A DNA stretch of 64,000 nucleotides, taken from positions 32,001 through 96,000 of the forward strand of contig CAWGMK010000012.1 in assembly GCA_963823655.1 (NCBI GenBank), read 5' to 3'. The stretch comes from an uncultured Bacillota bacterium. GTDB taxonomy: Bacteria > Bacillota > DTU025 > MWDF01. Shown piece after piece: positions 19,700 to 31,047 of this stretch (positions are counted from its first letter, which is position 1; each line of letters begins with the position of its first letter). Under the pieces are notes generated by a model. It had not been told where the DNA came from, did no database searches, and was given only the letters and a program-made list of their open reading frames with translations. A program made the position numbers and the translations under genes.

Positions 19700-19905
19700 A
19701 GATCATGGATGGCTAACAATGAAAGAGCTGATCGACCCGTTTACGGGTGAGTCGGTGAAAAAGGGCAGGTAAAGGGGCCCCTTTTCAGGGGCTGGCCCGA
19801 GGAACCCACGCGGTTGGCAGATTTTCAATGCGCCTTTGAGGCGCGTGCTTGTACCATGCCCTTATAGGGCTGAAGGAAGCCACCGGCTAAGCCGGTGGTT
19901 ATGAC
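19700..19905 (+). mobile_element. IS200/IS605-family 3' remnant (tnpA tail plus right-end hairpin)
   Basis: LTMKELIDPFTGESVKKGR* resembles Firmicute IS200 TnpA C-termini; hairpin AGCCACCGGC-TAA-GCCGGTGGTT then ATGAC. Confidence 0.7.
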
Positions 19906-20013
19906 GTGCGCCTCACAGTCTCACAATCTAAGTGGTTCAAATCCACTCGGTAAGCAGCGTAATAGCGAAATTATTGAACAGGTGGTAGAAGTCCCTGAAA
20001 GTAAGGAAAACAT

Positions 20014-21231
20014 ATGAGGGCCCTTAGGATAACCGCAGCACTGATATTGATTACACTTGTACTAATGTTGCCTCTTATTACAGATGCCACATCCGCTGCG
20101 AGCGTGAACGACATCATAGCCAACCCCAACCAGCCATACCAGGCTTCGATTTGGACCGATAAGAGCGATTACAATATCGGAGATAAGATCAGCATAGGTT
20201 TCAGGGTCACGAAACCCGCTTATACATATGTCTTCACGATTGATGTAGATGGCGCGGTCAGGATGATATTCCCCAACATATATTCCAAAGAAAACAAAAT
20301 AAAGGCAAATACGACGTATAAGCTGCCCGACAGCAGCAAGTACAGCCTTACTGCAGGGGGTCCCAACGGCACGGACCAGCTTGTGCTTATATCCACCCCC
20401 GGAAAACTGCCTGACACGGATTGGATGTTGAAGTCTCTTGGTGAGGACAACTTCGCCCCTCAGGTCAATATTGGAGTTACGGCCGATGTGTTCATGTTAG
20501 AAATGAAGTCGGATACAATAAGCTCTGCCTTCAAGAACAGCTGGTCAAGCTCGTATATGTCGTACACTGTGGGCGGAATAAGCTCTATAGAGGCGCCGAT
20601 TTCGGCAAAAGCTCCTCAAATCCCGCTTCCGGTTCAGAAGTCCGGAAAGATTTTCTTCTCCTCGGATCCTAGCGGGGCAAGGCTTTTTGTTAACGGAGTG
20701 GACAGCGGGATAACGCCCGTGAGCATTTCAAATCTCGATTACGGCCTATATGAAGTGAACATGATGCTGATGGACTACTACACGTATTCGGGTGTAGTGG
20801 CCGTAAAAGATAGCAACCCGCTTATTGTCAATGCATTGCTCGACAGGATTGAAGGCGCTTCCCGGGCCAACCTGACGGGTTTGCTCGTTTATAAGCAGAT
20901 AATTATAAGCTACCCTGATAGAGACAATTTCAAAGAAGAATTCGCGGCGGGCGGATCAAGTGGGACCGTAACCTTGAAAAGCGCTTCTTTGCTTGGCATG
21001 CTTACAAAGATTACCGCTACTGCCGTCATAGATGAGAATACCGCAGTCATAGGCACGATCACTGCAACCGGGGAGAATGCCGCCGATTTCGGCAGAATTC
21101 TGGAATTCGACTTAAATCCGTTCAAAGTAAGGGTAACGGTACTTGACTACAGTACAATCAAAGGGTCGCTTACGGGCACCATCTACTTGGATACCGTTCG
21201 TCTGTTGCTGGAAGTGCTTTATGCGGGGTAA
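20014..21231 (+). CDS. Secreted DUF4384 + PEGA domain protein
   Basis: Signal peptide; WTDKSDYNIGDKISIGF…MIFPN…GPNGTD; SSDPSGARLFVNG…GITP. Confidence 0.8.
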   Translation: MRALRITAALILITLVLMLPLITDATSAASVNDIIANPNQPYQASIWTDKSDYNIGDKISIGFRVTKPAYTYVFTIDVDGAVRMIFPNIYSKENKIKANTTYKLPDSSKYSLTAGGPNGTDQLVLISTPGKLPDTDWMLKSLGEDNFAPQVNIGVTADVFMLEMKSDTISSAFKNSWSSSYMSYTVGGISSIEAPISAKAPQIPLPVQKSGKIFFSSDPSGARLFVNGVDSGITPVSISNLDYGLYEVNMMLMDYYTYSGVVAVKDSNPLIVNALLDRIEGASRANLTGLLVYKQIIISYPDRDNFKEEFAAGGSSGTVTLKSASLLGMLTKITATAVIDENTAVIGTITATGENAADFGRILEFDLNPFKVRVTVLDYSTIKGSLTGTIYLDTVRLLLEVLYAG

Positions 21232-21381
21232 AAAGCATCAACACTGCCCTCACGTATCGCATATCGAAGGCTCTTTGGGCTTCCTTGCCGATCAAGAATC
21301 TGATTAAAGCAGGCTTATTCATTGATTTGTAGAATATAGCATCGATGGAATCCGTTGCTGTAAGCATCTTAATGGGAGGGA

Positions 21382-21894
21382 TTGCAAATGAATGAGACGC
21401 AGGTAAAAGAGGGCGAACCCGGCAAGAGGCAGAACCTTCTAAAGAACCTGTTAGATGCCCTGCTTGTTGCGGTCCTCGGTTTCCTCCTGCTGAATTTAGC
21501 TTTCGTGGTATATGCGGGCGCCTACAACCTGGCCTTCAGGGCAATGAGGCTGGGTGCTGGGGAAGGAATGGACTTTGCAAATGCAGCCCCGCCTCAGATT
21601 CTAAGAATTGTCCTCGCCGTGCTTATAATACTGCTCTCGTGGTTTGTGCTCAGATCCAAGCTTAATGTAATCCTGAAGGCCGCCTTTTTGATGGTTCCCG
21701 TGGCAACTGCCCTGGTGACAATAGGAATTTACTTATATGAGACACCCGTGCTTACCTATTTGCTTGGAGGGCTTATATGCGCCGGCCTGTTGTTTTGGCT
21801 TTTCAAGAACAAATGGCACTGGCTATATATGTATTCGGTATTGCTGGTAGCTGGCGCTTTAACGCTTATGGGCATAATGGGAATTGACATTTAG
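21382..21894 (+). CDS. Integral membrane hypothetical protein
   Basis: About five hydrophobic segments; RBS GGGAGG. Confidence 0.75.
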   Translation: MQMNETQVKEGEPGKRQNLLKNLLDALLVAVLGFLLLNLAFVVYAGAYNLAFRAMRLGAGEGMDFANAAPPQILRIVLAVLIILLSWFVLRSKLNVILKAAFLMVPVATALVTIGIYLYETPVLTYLLGGLICAGLLFWLFKNKWHWLYMYSVLLVAGALTLMGIMGIDI

Positions 21895-22001
21895 CCATAA
21901 CGACAGCAAAAAAGGTGCTGCAGTACGGCGAAAGAGCCGAGCCTTTGGAGGCTAGATGCGCGAGAAGTGACACATGGAATTGATGTTTCAATATGGGAAT
22001 A

Positions 22002-22034
22002 TGAGAACGGACCAGGATTTCCCGGTCCGTTCTT
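22002..22034. terminator. Bidirectional terminator hairpin
   Basis: GAGAACGGACC…GGTCCGTTCTT between convergent genes. Confidence 0.65.
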
Positions 22035-22063
22035 AATTGGTAGCCGCTCTATGTTTTCCTAGT

Positions 22064-22705
22064 TTACGGAACCATGTTACCTGATTCGTATTTGACAACT
22101 ACCTTCTGGAGATACAGGCCTTTCCACTGGTCTTGCTCATCGTCATATGCCGAGAACAGCGGCCTATAGTAGTCTATCTGGTTTTCGGGCGCAATTGTGA
22201 AGCTGGTTAGCTCCTCATCGTTGAGATACAGGGTGATGACATCGCCGACCTTCTCATAAACGGCCTTGTTATTGCCATCGATATTCAAATGGGGAAGCAT
22301 CCCGGGCAGATTTCCCACGCCGCTCTGGCCGAACCAATGAATAGAGTCCGCGATGCTTGTTTGTTGCATTCCCATGCCAATCCAGATGCCATAGCCCCAA
22401 TCGCTGGAGTCTACCAAATAGAAATCCAGCCACTGCAGATAATTGGTGTCTGCAGTGTTGATGAAAAAGTAAACTTCCATAGTGAAGTCTCCGCCAAACT
22501 TGAACGGGCAAGTGATCGCATTTCCGTCCAGGTAGGCGCCCTCATCCTCAAACAGGAGAGGTTCACCATACTCAAGCCAGGTCCCCTGGTAGTTCGATAA
22601 CGACTGCTCCCTTTCGAAGTTGAAAATGTAGCTCTTGGCGCACCCTGCCAGCGAAAATGCCAAGACGGCTACGAGCGCGATAAGAACAAGCCTTCTGCCT
22701 ATCAT
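22064..22705 (-). CDS. Family-A surface lipoprotein, copy 1 (predicted ConA-like beta-sandwich)
   Basis: LAGC-AKSYIFNF; CPFKFGGDFT; LPHLNIDGNN; LYLN; VVVKYESG. Confidence 0.8.
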   Translation of the reverse strand: MIGRRLVLIALVAVLAFSLAGCAKSYIFNFEREQSLSNYQGTWLEYGEPLLFEDEGAYLDGNAITCPFKFGGDFTMEVYFFINTADTNYLQWLDFYLVDSSDWGYGIWIGMGMQQTSIADSIHWFGQSGVGNLPGMLPHLNIDGNNKAVYEKVGDVITLYLNDEELTSFTIAPENQIDYYRPLFSAYDDEQDQWKGLYLQKVVVKYESGNMVP

Positions 22706-23024
22706 AAGGCACCTCCTTTAGAAATTTCAAATTCTGTGCTAATGAGACTGAGAATATTCGAATTACAGCATTGTTATTAGATTACGAGACTTGTACACTG
22801 ATTCCTTCACAAAGGGTAACAAATCGTGCTTAGCAGGATGCCCAAAACAACCGGAGCATTCCCGGCGCGCCCAAGAAGGGCCGGCGCAAGACAATCCGAG
22901 AAATACCGGACTGCTTAGGGGTTAGGAAGATTGAGTATTCGCTCACTTAAGTTAGCTTGTGAGGTTGACTTATGTTGGAGGGGAATTCCCACTAATCATA
23001 AAACTGTGCAAACAGGCTATATTC

Positions 23025-23333
23025 TCACCTTAGCCTGGATTCCCAAAGGTGCCTTAACGCCATCAGCGGATTGACGAACAGCATGCGAGGCCCTGAGTAG
23101 CGCATCACTCTGCGCACAGCCTGCCGCATATCATTCCTGTAGCAGTGCACAGGGCATTTCGAACAGAAGGGTTTGGACTCCTTGAACTTGCATGCCCCCA
23201 GACGTGCATGCGAATAGGCGATCAGCTCCGAGCACTCGCCACATATTGGGTCCTTATGCCTCTTTCCCCTGCAATACATGCTTATCATGGTCTCGATGAC
23301 CATCTTTTCGCGATCTATCCTGCCAGTGCTCAT
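23025..23333 (-). CDS. ygbA: YgbA-family (nitrous oxide-stimulated promoter) protein
   Basis: MISMYC…CGECSELIAY…KPFCSKCPVHCY…VMRYSGPRM. Confidence 0.88.
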   Translation of the reverse strand: MSTGRIDREKMVIETMISMYCRGKRHKDPICGECSELIAYSHARLGACKFKESKPFCSKCPVHCYRNDMRQAVRRVMRYSGPRMLFVNPLMALRHLWESRLR

Positions 23334-23505
23334 GATAATTCAATCACCCTTGAGGATTATAAAGTCGCGGGCATATGAGTTCAAGTCGGATATTGCCGCT
23401 GCGGATCTAGGGTGAAAGCGCTGCCCCCCTATACAAAGAGGGATTTGCTAAGATATGTGCAATATCTATGTAATGAACAGTTTGATGAAACGGGAGGTGG
23501 AAATT

Positions 23506-24167
23506 GTGTCGCCATACCGCAAACTGATATTAATCGTCCTGGTTTCCTTGGTGATAGTGCTTTCAGGCTGCGAGCCGAAGGTTTACTACTTCAATTTCGC
23601 AGATAAGCAGTCCTTAACCAATGAAGAGGGGTCATGGTTTGTTGATACTCCCGGTGGCCATGAGTTCACGATTCACGGCCTGCTGATGAACGGGACGCTT
23701 CTTTGCGCTCCGCACAAATACAGCGGCGATTTTACGATTATCCTGGAGTTCATCGTTGACGTATCCTCAGATCCGGGGCAAGGCGCGCCAACGATTGCGT
23801 TGTATCTAACGCCGGATCGCAGCCTGTCGCCTGGTGAAAGCGATAACCAGATTTTCGTGGGATTTTCGAGTCAATCAACGACTTACACAATATGGGAATA
23901 ATCGAAGAAGGCCCGGAAGGGGAGGACTCCATGATATTGGAGCATAGCATTCCCGGTCTTGGATACTTCGGGCAGCAATATGCTAAAGATCACGAAAACC
24001 GGCAACGAGCTTGATTTCGACCTCAACGGGACAACGCTATGGAACCACGCAATAGAGTATTACGAGAGCAAATGGTTCTGCCCATTCATTCACGCGCTGA
24101 CACCTACTGAAACTCGTGGATCGTAAGCATGCGAGTCGAATACAAGGGAATGAGCAGCGCGAACTAG
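23506..24167 (+). CDS. Family-A surface lipoprotein, copy 2 (frameshifted)
   Basis: LSGC-EPKVYYFNF; APHKYSGDFT; later frames give IPGL, NMLKITKTGNELDFDLNG and VEYKG. Confidence 0.7.
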
Positions 24168-24283
24168 GGATTGATGGGATAGAAGAAGCAGAATCGAAAG
24201 GCTTATTGCGAAATAATGGCTCGCCTCTAAGCACCAAATTGCTTAATGGCGGGCCTTTTATATGGCACTTTCACGTGCTCATG

Positions 24284-26073
24284 TCAAAGACCGGGGCTTG
24301 TCGCAAGCAAAGGATCTCCCTTGAGAATCCTATCGACCTCCTCGTACCCTTCCGGGAATGCGAAATTGTAGCGGGCGGGCAGGGCGAATACGAACTTCGA
24401 ATTGCGGCCCAGCTCACTAGGTCCAATCGGGGCTGCCCCTATATGGAAGAGCTCTTTTTGCAAATCATCCCAATCAGCAAGGCTTAACACCATAATCGGT
24501 ATATCCTGCCTGGGTTTTTCTTCCTTCCACTGGGGATGCCTTATATTGATGATCGGCCCGCTTCTTTCCCCGGCAACATCCGAAGCTGACATGTTGGTTC
24601 CATGCCACTCGCCAAGGACGATCGAATAGCCCTTCCAGCCCTCCGGCAAATTGAAGCTGAAGCCGTAATGCGGGTTTTCGTATGTTACGGAATATGTAAA
24701 GCTTACATGCCCGTTGCCTGCAATTTGCCCTGGCCTGCCGCTGCCGGAAATAGTAATTGCCGCTGCATTGTCGACCCTTGCAACTTCAGAGTATCTGTTC
24801 AGGAATAGGTCGGTGCCGCCTGCCTCTGCCATAACCTCAACGGACGTGATTTTCGAGCTTTTGCCGGCCGAAATTGCCGTATCCTGCGCCTGAGTCCGGA
24901 TTGTGGCAACCGTGCCCTCTACCTCGATGACAGAGCCTGCAGCCCTCTCATATAGCGTAATGTTGCCGACTTCCGCGCCTTTGCCGATGAATATCTCGGC
25001 CTTTCCTACAACCAGGATCTCTGCCACTATGCCGTTAACTTCAAGGTACGAGCCATCTTCCGCGCAGGCATTTGAAAATCTTCCTTCCAGATAAGCATTT
25101 GGTCTTCACGTCCACGCTCAAAGGCCCAGCGCCGCTTGAGATTATCTGCACAGCTCCCCCGACGCCCTGAACCGATATTCTGCCGTTGACTTCTGAGCCA
25201 TTAATTAGTCTTACTACAGCCCCCGCTCCGCCCCTTATAACCAGGTTTCCGGATACTACCGAGTTATCCAGCGTAAGCTCTCCGCCGGTTATCCCTTCTG
25301 CGGCGATCAGGCTGCCGTCCATCACCATGTCTTTGAAGCGTTACTCCGCCAGCCCTGACGATCGAAACGCCATTCGCCGTGCCATCAGGCTGCTTCACAT
25401 TCCCTGAAAACTCTCCGGCGGCAGAATAGAATGCCAGAACCGCACGGTCTATGATGGCGACTACCTGCGCCCTGGTCGCAAGGGCCTTCGGCGCAAAACT
25501 GCTTGCCCCTGCGTCTTCCAAGTATCCATCTGCCTCCATGCCGAATATCATAAGCTGATTATTTAAATCAATCTGGCCGGCGTTCTTCATCGAAGTTTCG
25601 TTGCCGGCATTCTCCTCTACTCCAAGTGCTTTTGCCAGCATAACTGCAGCCTGCTCCCATGTCAGGGTATCCCCCGGCATGATTCCGCCAAAGCCTGCGC
25701 CATCAAGCAATCCTGATAATCGGGCTGCCTTAAATGCCTGCTCATACCATGGCCCGGTGCCTGCTTTTAAACCGGGCGTTCCTGATAGTGCCGTGAACCC
25801 CAGGAGATTGTCCAGCAGCACAACCATCTCCGCCATGGTGATGGGATCATCAGGCCTGAAGCCCCTTGAATCGCCATGAATGATGCCCAAATCCGCCCAT
25901 CTGGCTATGGCTGCGGATGCCCAATGCCCCTGCGCGTCGGGAAATATCACAGTGCCTGTCCCGGCGAGGGCAGAGGGGCCTATTTGTCCCATCGGAAACA
26001 GCAAAGCCGCAATAACTGCGGCAAACAAGAAGCGCCGCGCAACGGATGCTCTTAATTTCCCTTTTGGAGACAT
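24284..26073 (-). CDS. SLH-domain surface protein (split by frameshifts into three ORFs)
   Basis: FPDAQGHWA, FRPDDPIT, ATRAQVV; beta-helix-like middle; C-terminal YENPHYGFSFNLPEGWKGY domain. Confidence 0.75.
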
Positions 26074-26314
26074 TTGCTTTCCTCCATCCCGTCGGGCTAC
26101 TACCTAATAGAACGATATTTGACCTGCCATTAATCTTCAGACAGTGGAAGCTTTCAATTAATAGGGCAAAATACCTACTGCTTTTTATGCGTTTTAGTTA
26201 TTTAGATGTCCCAAGCGCGCCAGTGTGCGGGAAATCGCCGCTGTCCCAATGTAGACTATAATTATGTAAGAGTAATTAATCAGGCTCAAGCACATGGGTA
26301 AGGAGGTATGAAAG

Positions 26315-27253
26315 ATGAGGATAAAGATCCTTATAGCAGTATTGGTGATAATAGCCGCTTTCTTCCTTATCTATGCAAATTTCGACCTGGATCCGGTGGA
26401 CATCAGGATAGAGTCCTCAACCACTGAAGTCATGGTCGGCGAGAGGCTGAGGCTGAAAAACGAGCTTGTGGACGCCAAGGGGAGGGCGAAGCCTTCGAGC
26501 AACGTCAAATGGGAGGTCATTGATGGGGAGGGCACTCTATCCCGCCAGGCCGGCTCATCATCCGATATAACCCCGTCAAGGCCGGGCAAGATGGTTGTGC
26601 AGTGCACATATGGAGAGCTTGCCGCTCAAATAGAGCTTAATGTGGGCTACGTTCCCCAGCTGAGCTGGATAGACGTGCAGCCTGAAACCCTGGTCCTGAT
26701 GGAGGGCCAGCAGATGGAATTTACTGCAGTGGGCCGGGACCAGTTCGATTTCGCCTTGCCTGTGGAGCCCGGCTGGAGCATACAGGAAGACGGCGCTTCT
26801 TTGCAGCCAATAGAGGGGGGAAAGGTCATTTTCGAGGCCGTTACCTACGGAATGTACACTCTGGAGGCCACAGTCGGCACACTTAAGGGAGCGGCATCCG
26901 TTGTGGTAGGTTACAGCCCGGAGCTGACTTCCATAGTCGTGACACCTCAAACCAGCGAGCTGCAAGTCGGCGAAAAGGTTCAATTCGAAGCGGCCCTGTT
27001 CGACCAGCACGGCAAGCCGATGTTCAGGATACCTCAATGGCAGCTGGCAGACTCAAGAGGCAGCATCCTGGACACAGAGGGCGCGAAGGTAACCATACAG
27101 GCGAATTCTCCCGGCACGATAGAAGTGTATGCAATGTCAGGAAGCATAGTGGGGACTGCGTCGATTCACATCAGCATGACAAATATACCGTTCATCGACG
27201 AGACCATCGGCTTCTTCTATAAGCTGTTCAACGGGACAGGAAAGAAGAAGTAA
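26315..27253 (+). CDS. Membrane-anchored protein with three bacterial Ig-like (Big_2-type) repeats
   Basis: Repeats L-x-x-I-x-V-x-P…GE..QF.A…DQ…W. Confidence 0.75.
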   Translation: MRIKILIAVLVIIAAFFLIYANFDLDPVDIRIESSTTEVMVGERLRLKNELVDAKGRAKPSSNVKWEVIDGEGTLSRQAGSSSDITPSRPGKMVVQCTYGELAAQIELNVGYVPQLSWIDVQPETLVLMEGQQMEFTAVGRDQFDFALPVEPGWSIQEDGASLQPIEGGKVIFEAVTYGMYTLEATVGTLKGAASVVVGYSPELTSIVVTPQTSELQVGEKVQFEAALFDQHGKPMFRIPQWQLADSRGSILDTEGAKVTIQANSPGTIEVYAMSGSIVGTASIHISMTNIPFIDETIGFFYKLFNGTGKKK

Positions 27254-27310
27254 TGGATTGGCAGCACCTATTTGTAAATGGATACAATTAGCGATTTAGG
27301 AGGCAATAAG

Positions 27311-27823
27311 ATGCCAAGGCGAATGCTTTTCACGCTCCTTGCAGTCATTGTGGTGGCCGTATTCCTGGGCACAGGTTTTGCACAGGCCAATGACGTGGCT
27401 GCCCCCAAGGGTTTTGAACGGAGGACGCCCGGGGAGATACTGGCCGAAGTCTCGGGCAAGAAACAGGAGAAGGTGGACAGGCTCATCTCTGAGCTCGGGC
27501 TTTTCGAGGCGGCAAAGAAACTGGGAGTCGTAAAGCCATTTATAAGGGCGCTTGTGAAATACAAGATGGCAGCTGTTGACTACAAGGTAGAGCTGGGAAA
27601 GATCACGGAGAAAGAGGCAAAAGCGCAGAAGAAGGCCATAATTGGGAAGGTCGCTGATTTTATCAGTACGCGGTTGGCGAGGGCCTTGTTCGGCAATGGG
27701 GAGGAGCCGCAGCCCGTCGACAGCCAGTTGCCTGATGATATGCCCATAGACACTTTATGGTTCATAGATTACGATGAATATTATCACTGGCAGCACAACG
27801 ACGACGGCACCATCTGCAAGTAG
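27311..27823 (+). CDS. Secreted hypothetical protein
   Basis: Signal peptide; GKITEKEAK motif. Confidence 0.6.
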   Translation: MPRRMLFTLLAVIVVAVFLGTGFAQANDVAAPKGFERRTPGEILAEVSGKKQEKVDRLISELGLFEAAKKLGVVKPFIRALVKYKMAAVDYKVELGKITEKEAKAQKKAIIGKVADFISTRLARALFGNGEEPQPVDSQLPDDMPIDTLWFIDYDEYYHWQHNDDGTICK

Positions 27824-27908
27824 GCTGCAGGAATTCGGAATTTCGAGCCTTCCGCATCGCTTGGCTGCCCGGTGAATTTGGGAGATATCCCGAAAGAATG
27901 GGGGATAT

Positions 27909-28826
27909 ATGATGAGTTCAGCGGAACGCGGCAGCAAGTCAGCTGCATCGGGCAGTTCCTGGAGGACAGATCGCGCAATCGGGTTAGCCGTTATATTTCT
28001 CAGCTATGTGGCCGCAATCGCGGTCGGCCTGGCCGTCTTCCAGCGTTTGGCCTTAGACCTCTGGCTTTCCGTCCTGCTGGCCGACATAGCGGCTACGCTG
28101 GTCATCTGGGTTTCCAGCATCATTTTCGACAATGCAACTGTGTATGATCCTTACTGGAGCGTGCAGCCCATAGTAATACTCGGCTTGCTGCTGTTTAAGG
28201 TCGGGCTATTCGATACATCCTCGGTGCTGCTCTTCCTTGTGGTTTGCATCTGGGGCGTCCGCCTTACCGCGAACTGGATATTTACTTTCAGCGGGCTCAA
28301 CAGGCAGGATTGGCGATATGACATGATAAAGAGCAAAACGGGCAAGCTATTCCCCCTCGCCAGCCTCTTCGGAATTCAGTTACTGCCTACTCTGATCGTC
28401 TATTTCTGCATATTGCCTGCTATCGTGTTCATATCAGAGAGCGATGCCTTCAACTACATTACGATTATCGGGCTTCTGGTCAGCCTTGCGGGCCTTATAT
28501 TGGAGGCAGTTGCAGACCATCAGATGCACGCGTTCAAAAAGGTTAACCGCGACAGGGCTATGATAATCAGGGAAGGGCTGTGGCGCCACTCGCGCCACCC
28601 CAACTACCTTGGCGAGCTTATGATGTGGTGGGGCGTATTCATAGTATTGCTTTCGGCCCGCCCCGACGGCTGGCCCTTAGGCCTGGGAGCATTGCTGAAC
28701 ACCGCCCTTTTCCTATTCATCAGCATCCCTATGGCGGAGGGCAATATGGCCCGCTACAAGACGGGTTTCGCCGACTATAGAAGGCAGACGAGGATGCTCC
28801 TGCCGCTGCCTAAGAAGGTGGAATAA
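27909..28826 (+). CDS. DUF1295 / steroid 5-alpha-reductase-like membrane protein
   Basis: VYDPYWSV, QDWRY, GLWRHSRHPNYLGE. Confidence 0.9.
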   Translation: MMSSAERGSKSAASGSSWRTDRAIGLAVIFLSYVAAIAVGLAVFQRLALDLWLSVLLADIAATLVIWVSSIIFDNATVYDPYWSVQPIVILGLLLFKVGLFDTSSVLLFLVVCIWGVRLTANWIFTFSGLNRQDWRYDMIKSKTGKLFPLASLFGIQLLPTLIVYFCILPAIVFISESDAFNYITIIGLLVSLAGLILEAVADHQMHAFKKVNRDRAMIIREGLWRHSRHPNYLGELMMWWGVFIVLLSARPDGWPLGLGALLNTALFLFISIPMAEGNMARYKTGFADYRRQTRMLLPLPKKVE

Positions 28827-28878
28827 GCCAAGAGACGATCATATTTCCAAATAAAGCCCGGATTGTCCTAAGTAATTA

Positions 28879-28912
28879 AGAGCAGCACGGCTTCAATGGC
28901 CGTGCTGCTCTC
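28879..28912. terminator. Bidirectional terminator hairpin
   Basis: AGAGCAGCACGGC-TTCAATG-GCCGTGCTGCTCT. Confidence 0.75.
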
Positions 28913-28949
28913 TACTTGGTTGGCTATCGAAATCTTTACTTGAGCAAAC

Positions 28950-29747
28950 CTAAGCTAACCTTGCCTTGGCTACAATTCCGGAAGCACCGAATTCTCCTCC
29001 GGCGTCGCGGACATAGATGATTTCGTTCATGTAACATTCGACCGCATCGGGGGTGCCATCATGGTCGAAATCTAGCGGCACATTCAGATTGTCAGCGTCA
29101 TCCAGATAGAAGGCATTGACTATGGTCCTGCCGGAATTGGCCACAAATATCGCGCCTTCTCCGGCCCCGGGGGGGTTCGCGCTCGTAAATGCCCCTCTCA
29201 CAGTCCCGCCTGCCACTGCGTCACCCTTGAAGGCGTTCGTTACCCTGAGGGTAGGGTCATCGGCCTGGTTGAAAGGTATGCTAGACGGCATGTCGCAAGG
29301 CTTGCTCCAGAGGTCATCGGCAGAGCCAATTGGCCAGACTACTATCGGCTCGTTCACAGACTCCGAGTACTCATAACCCAGAACCGCCCAAAAGCTTGCA
29401 TGCGTATTAAGATGCTGGGTCGTGATGATCAGCCTTCCCCCTTTTTCGACGAAATCCTGCATATATCCATAGGCGTGGTCGCTTGGGAAAACCGCCTCGA
29501 AACAATCGACTATGACAAGATCCCAAGCCTGGGAGTGTATTGCGTCGGTGAAGTCCGAACCAGTGACCACCCTTGTATAGGCAAAATGCAGCCTGTCTAG
29601 GGCCTCGCCTGCGAAATTGTGGAAAGTGTCGTCAAGATAGAGGATAGCCATCCTTTTTGCGCAACCTGGCTGCATAAGGACCATGATCATAAGCACTGAG
29701 ACAAGTGCTGCAATTCTCAGAACCAAAGAAATCTTGCGCATAATCAT
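28950..29747 (-). CDS. Family-B surface lipoprotein, copy 1
   Basis: QPGC; FAGEALDRL; WDLVIVD; GGRLII; ANSGRTIVNAF; DFDHDGTPDAVECYMNEI. Confidence 0.8.
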   Translation of the reverse strand: MIMRKISLVLRIAALVSVLMIMVLMQPGCAKRMAILYLDDTFHNFAGEALDRLHFAYTRVVTGSDFTDAIHSQAWDLVIVDCFEAVFPSDHAYGYMQDFVEKGGRLIITTQHLNTHASFWAVLGYEYSESVNEPIVVWPIGSADDLWSKPCDMPSSIPFNQADDPTLRVTNAFKGDAVAGGTVRGAFTSANPPGAGEGAIFVANSGRTIVNAFYLDDADNLNVPLDFDHDGTPDAVECYMNEIIYVRDAGGEFGASGIVAKARLA

Positions 29748-29956
29748 CGCCTCCCGACAATATCTATACACCCCATATATTTGACTTTTGTGAAGAATCA
29801 CCTTCATCAATTCATCGATAATGCAATTCAAGTCCTTCTTTGGCAACGCGCGTTTAAGTGATACCAAGCACAATAATGTAGTACCTTTCTTATTGTCGTA
29901 TAATCTAGCTATCAACCTACCTTGATGTTTGATGCCAATCGTAAAGGGGTGATAAC

Positions 29957-31028
29957 ATGCGAAGATATATTCCTCTAGCCATAATATTGATGCTTCTTAT
30001 GCCAATCGGGCGCCGCCGCAAGCAGCTACAGGGCCGAATGGGCCCTTAGGACCGAAGGGGCAAGGGACCTCATCGCCCTTCCGGGCGGCTTTATTGCGTT
30101 TAGCATGGGCGAGAAGGTAGTGAAAGCCGACAGCAAGGGGCACATAACCTGGGAATGGGCCGCCGGCGAGCCAGCAAGCCACATCGCGGCAGATGAAGAT
30201 GGCTTCCTGTATGTCGCATCAGGCACATTCGTAACCAAGCTTGGCATGGACGGCTCTGAGCTCTGGAGCTTTGATGCCACAGGCAGCGTGTTCTCCCTTC
30301 AAGTGATTGAGGGCTCAGTCTTCGTCGGATGGGAGTATGGCCTTTTCACATTGGCTAAGGACGGGAAATTCATCTGGGACTACTACAGGCCGGAGGACTG
30401 CTGATTCCCCACGCTGACGGGGCCGGTCTGGTCCCTCGATTACCTGGGAAACGGCAGATGCATATTGGTCGGCGTCGTAGTTTACGACATAATCTTCAGA
30501 AACCCTGACGAGTCATTGGACTACATCAATCTGATAGACGTGAAGGACGGGAACACAACAAGCCAGTTCAAGGCCATAGAACCCTTCAAGATCAGGGATG
30601 TTGTGGTGCTTGATAAAGATCGTGCTTTGATCGCCGCAGATTACGCCGGAATTGTACTGTGGAATACCAAAGATAAATTCGTCTATGACTGGAAGTTCGT
30701 CATCCCTCCGCCAAGGCACATATGCCCCGGTTTGAACTCGAAGGCGCTTGTTATAGGGAAAGACGGCTTCACAATTATCTCCATTGACACCAAAACCGGT
30801 TCAGCTATTGCTTATGCCGATGCCCCGGCGGAGGTCATCGGAAAGCCGGTCTTGTTTGGCTCCGACTACATCGTGCCTATCAACGGAGGGCTGTTGGTGC
30901 TGGACGCCGATCTAAATGTAAAGTCCAGGCTATTCATGCCTGAAGTGTCGGGCATCTGCAACGCTTGCCATCTCAGAAGGCTCGGTTGTTGTTGCCTCGG
31001 ACAAGATCGTCATCAAGATCATGATTAA
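29957..31028 (+). CDS. Secreted PQQ-like beta-propeller protein (frameshifted)
   Basis: Signal peptide from ATG 29957; DSKGHITWEW, DGSELWSF and DGKFIWDY repeats. Confidence 0.65.
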
Positions 31029-31047
31029 TCCCTAATAGAGGTGGATT

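Noticed and set aside
19915-19952. Functional tRNA gene
   Set aside because: Only the T arm can be formed; no acceptor or D stem.
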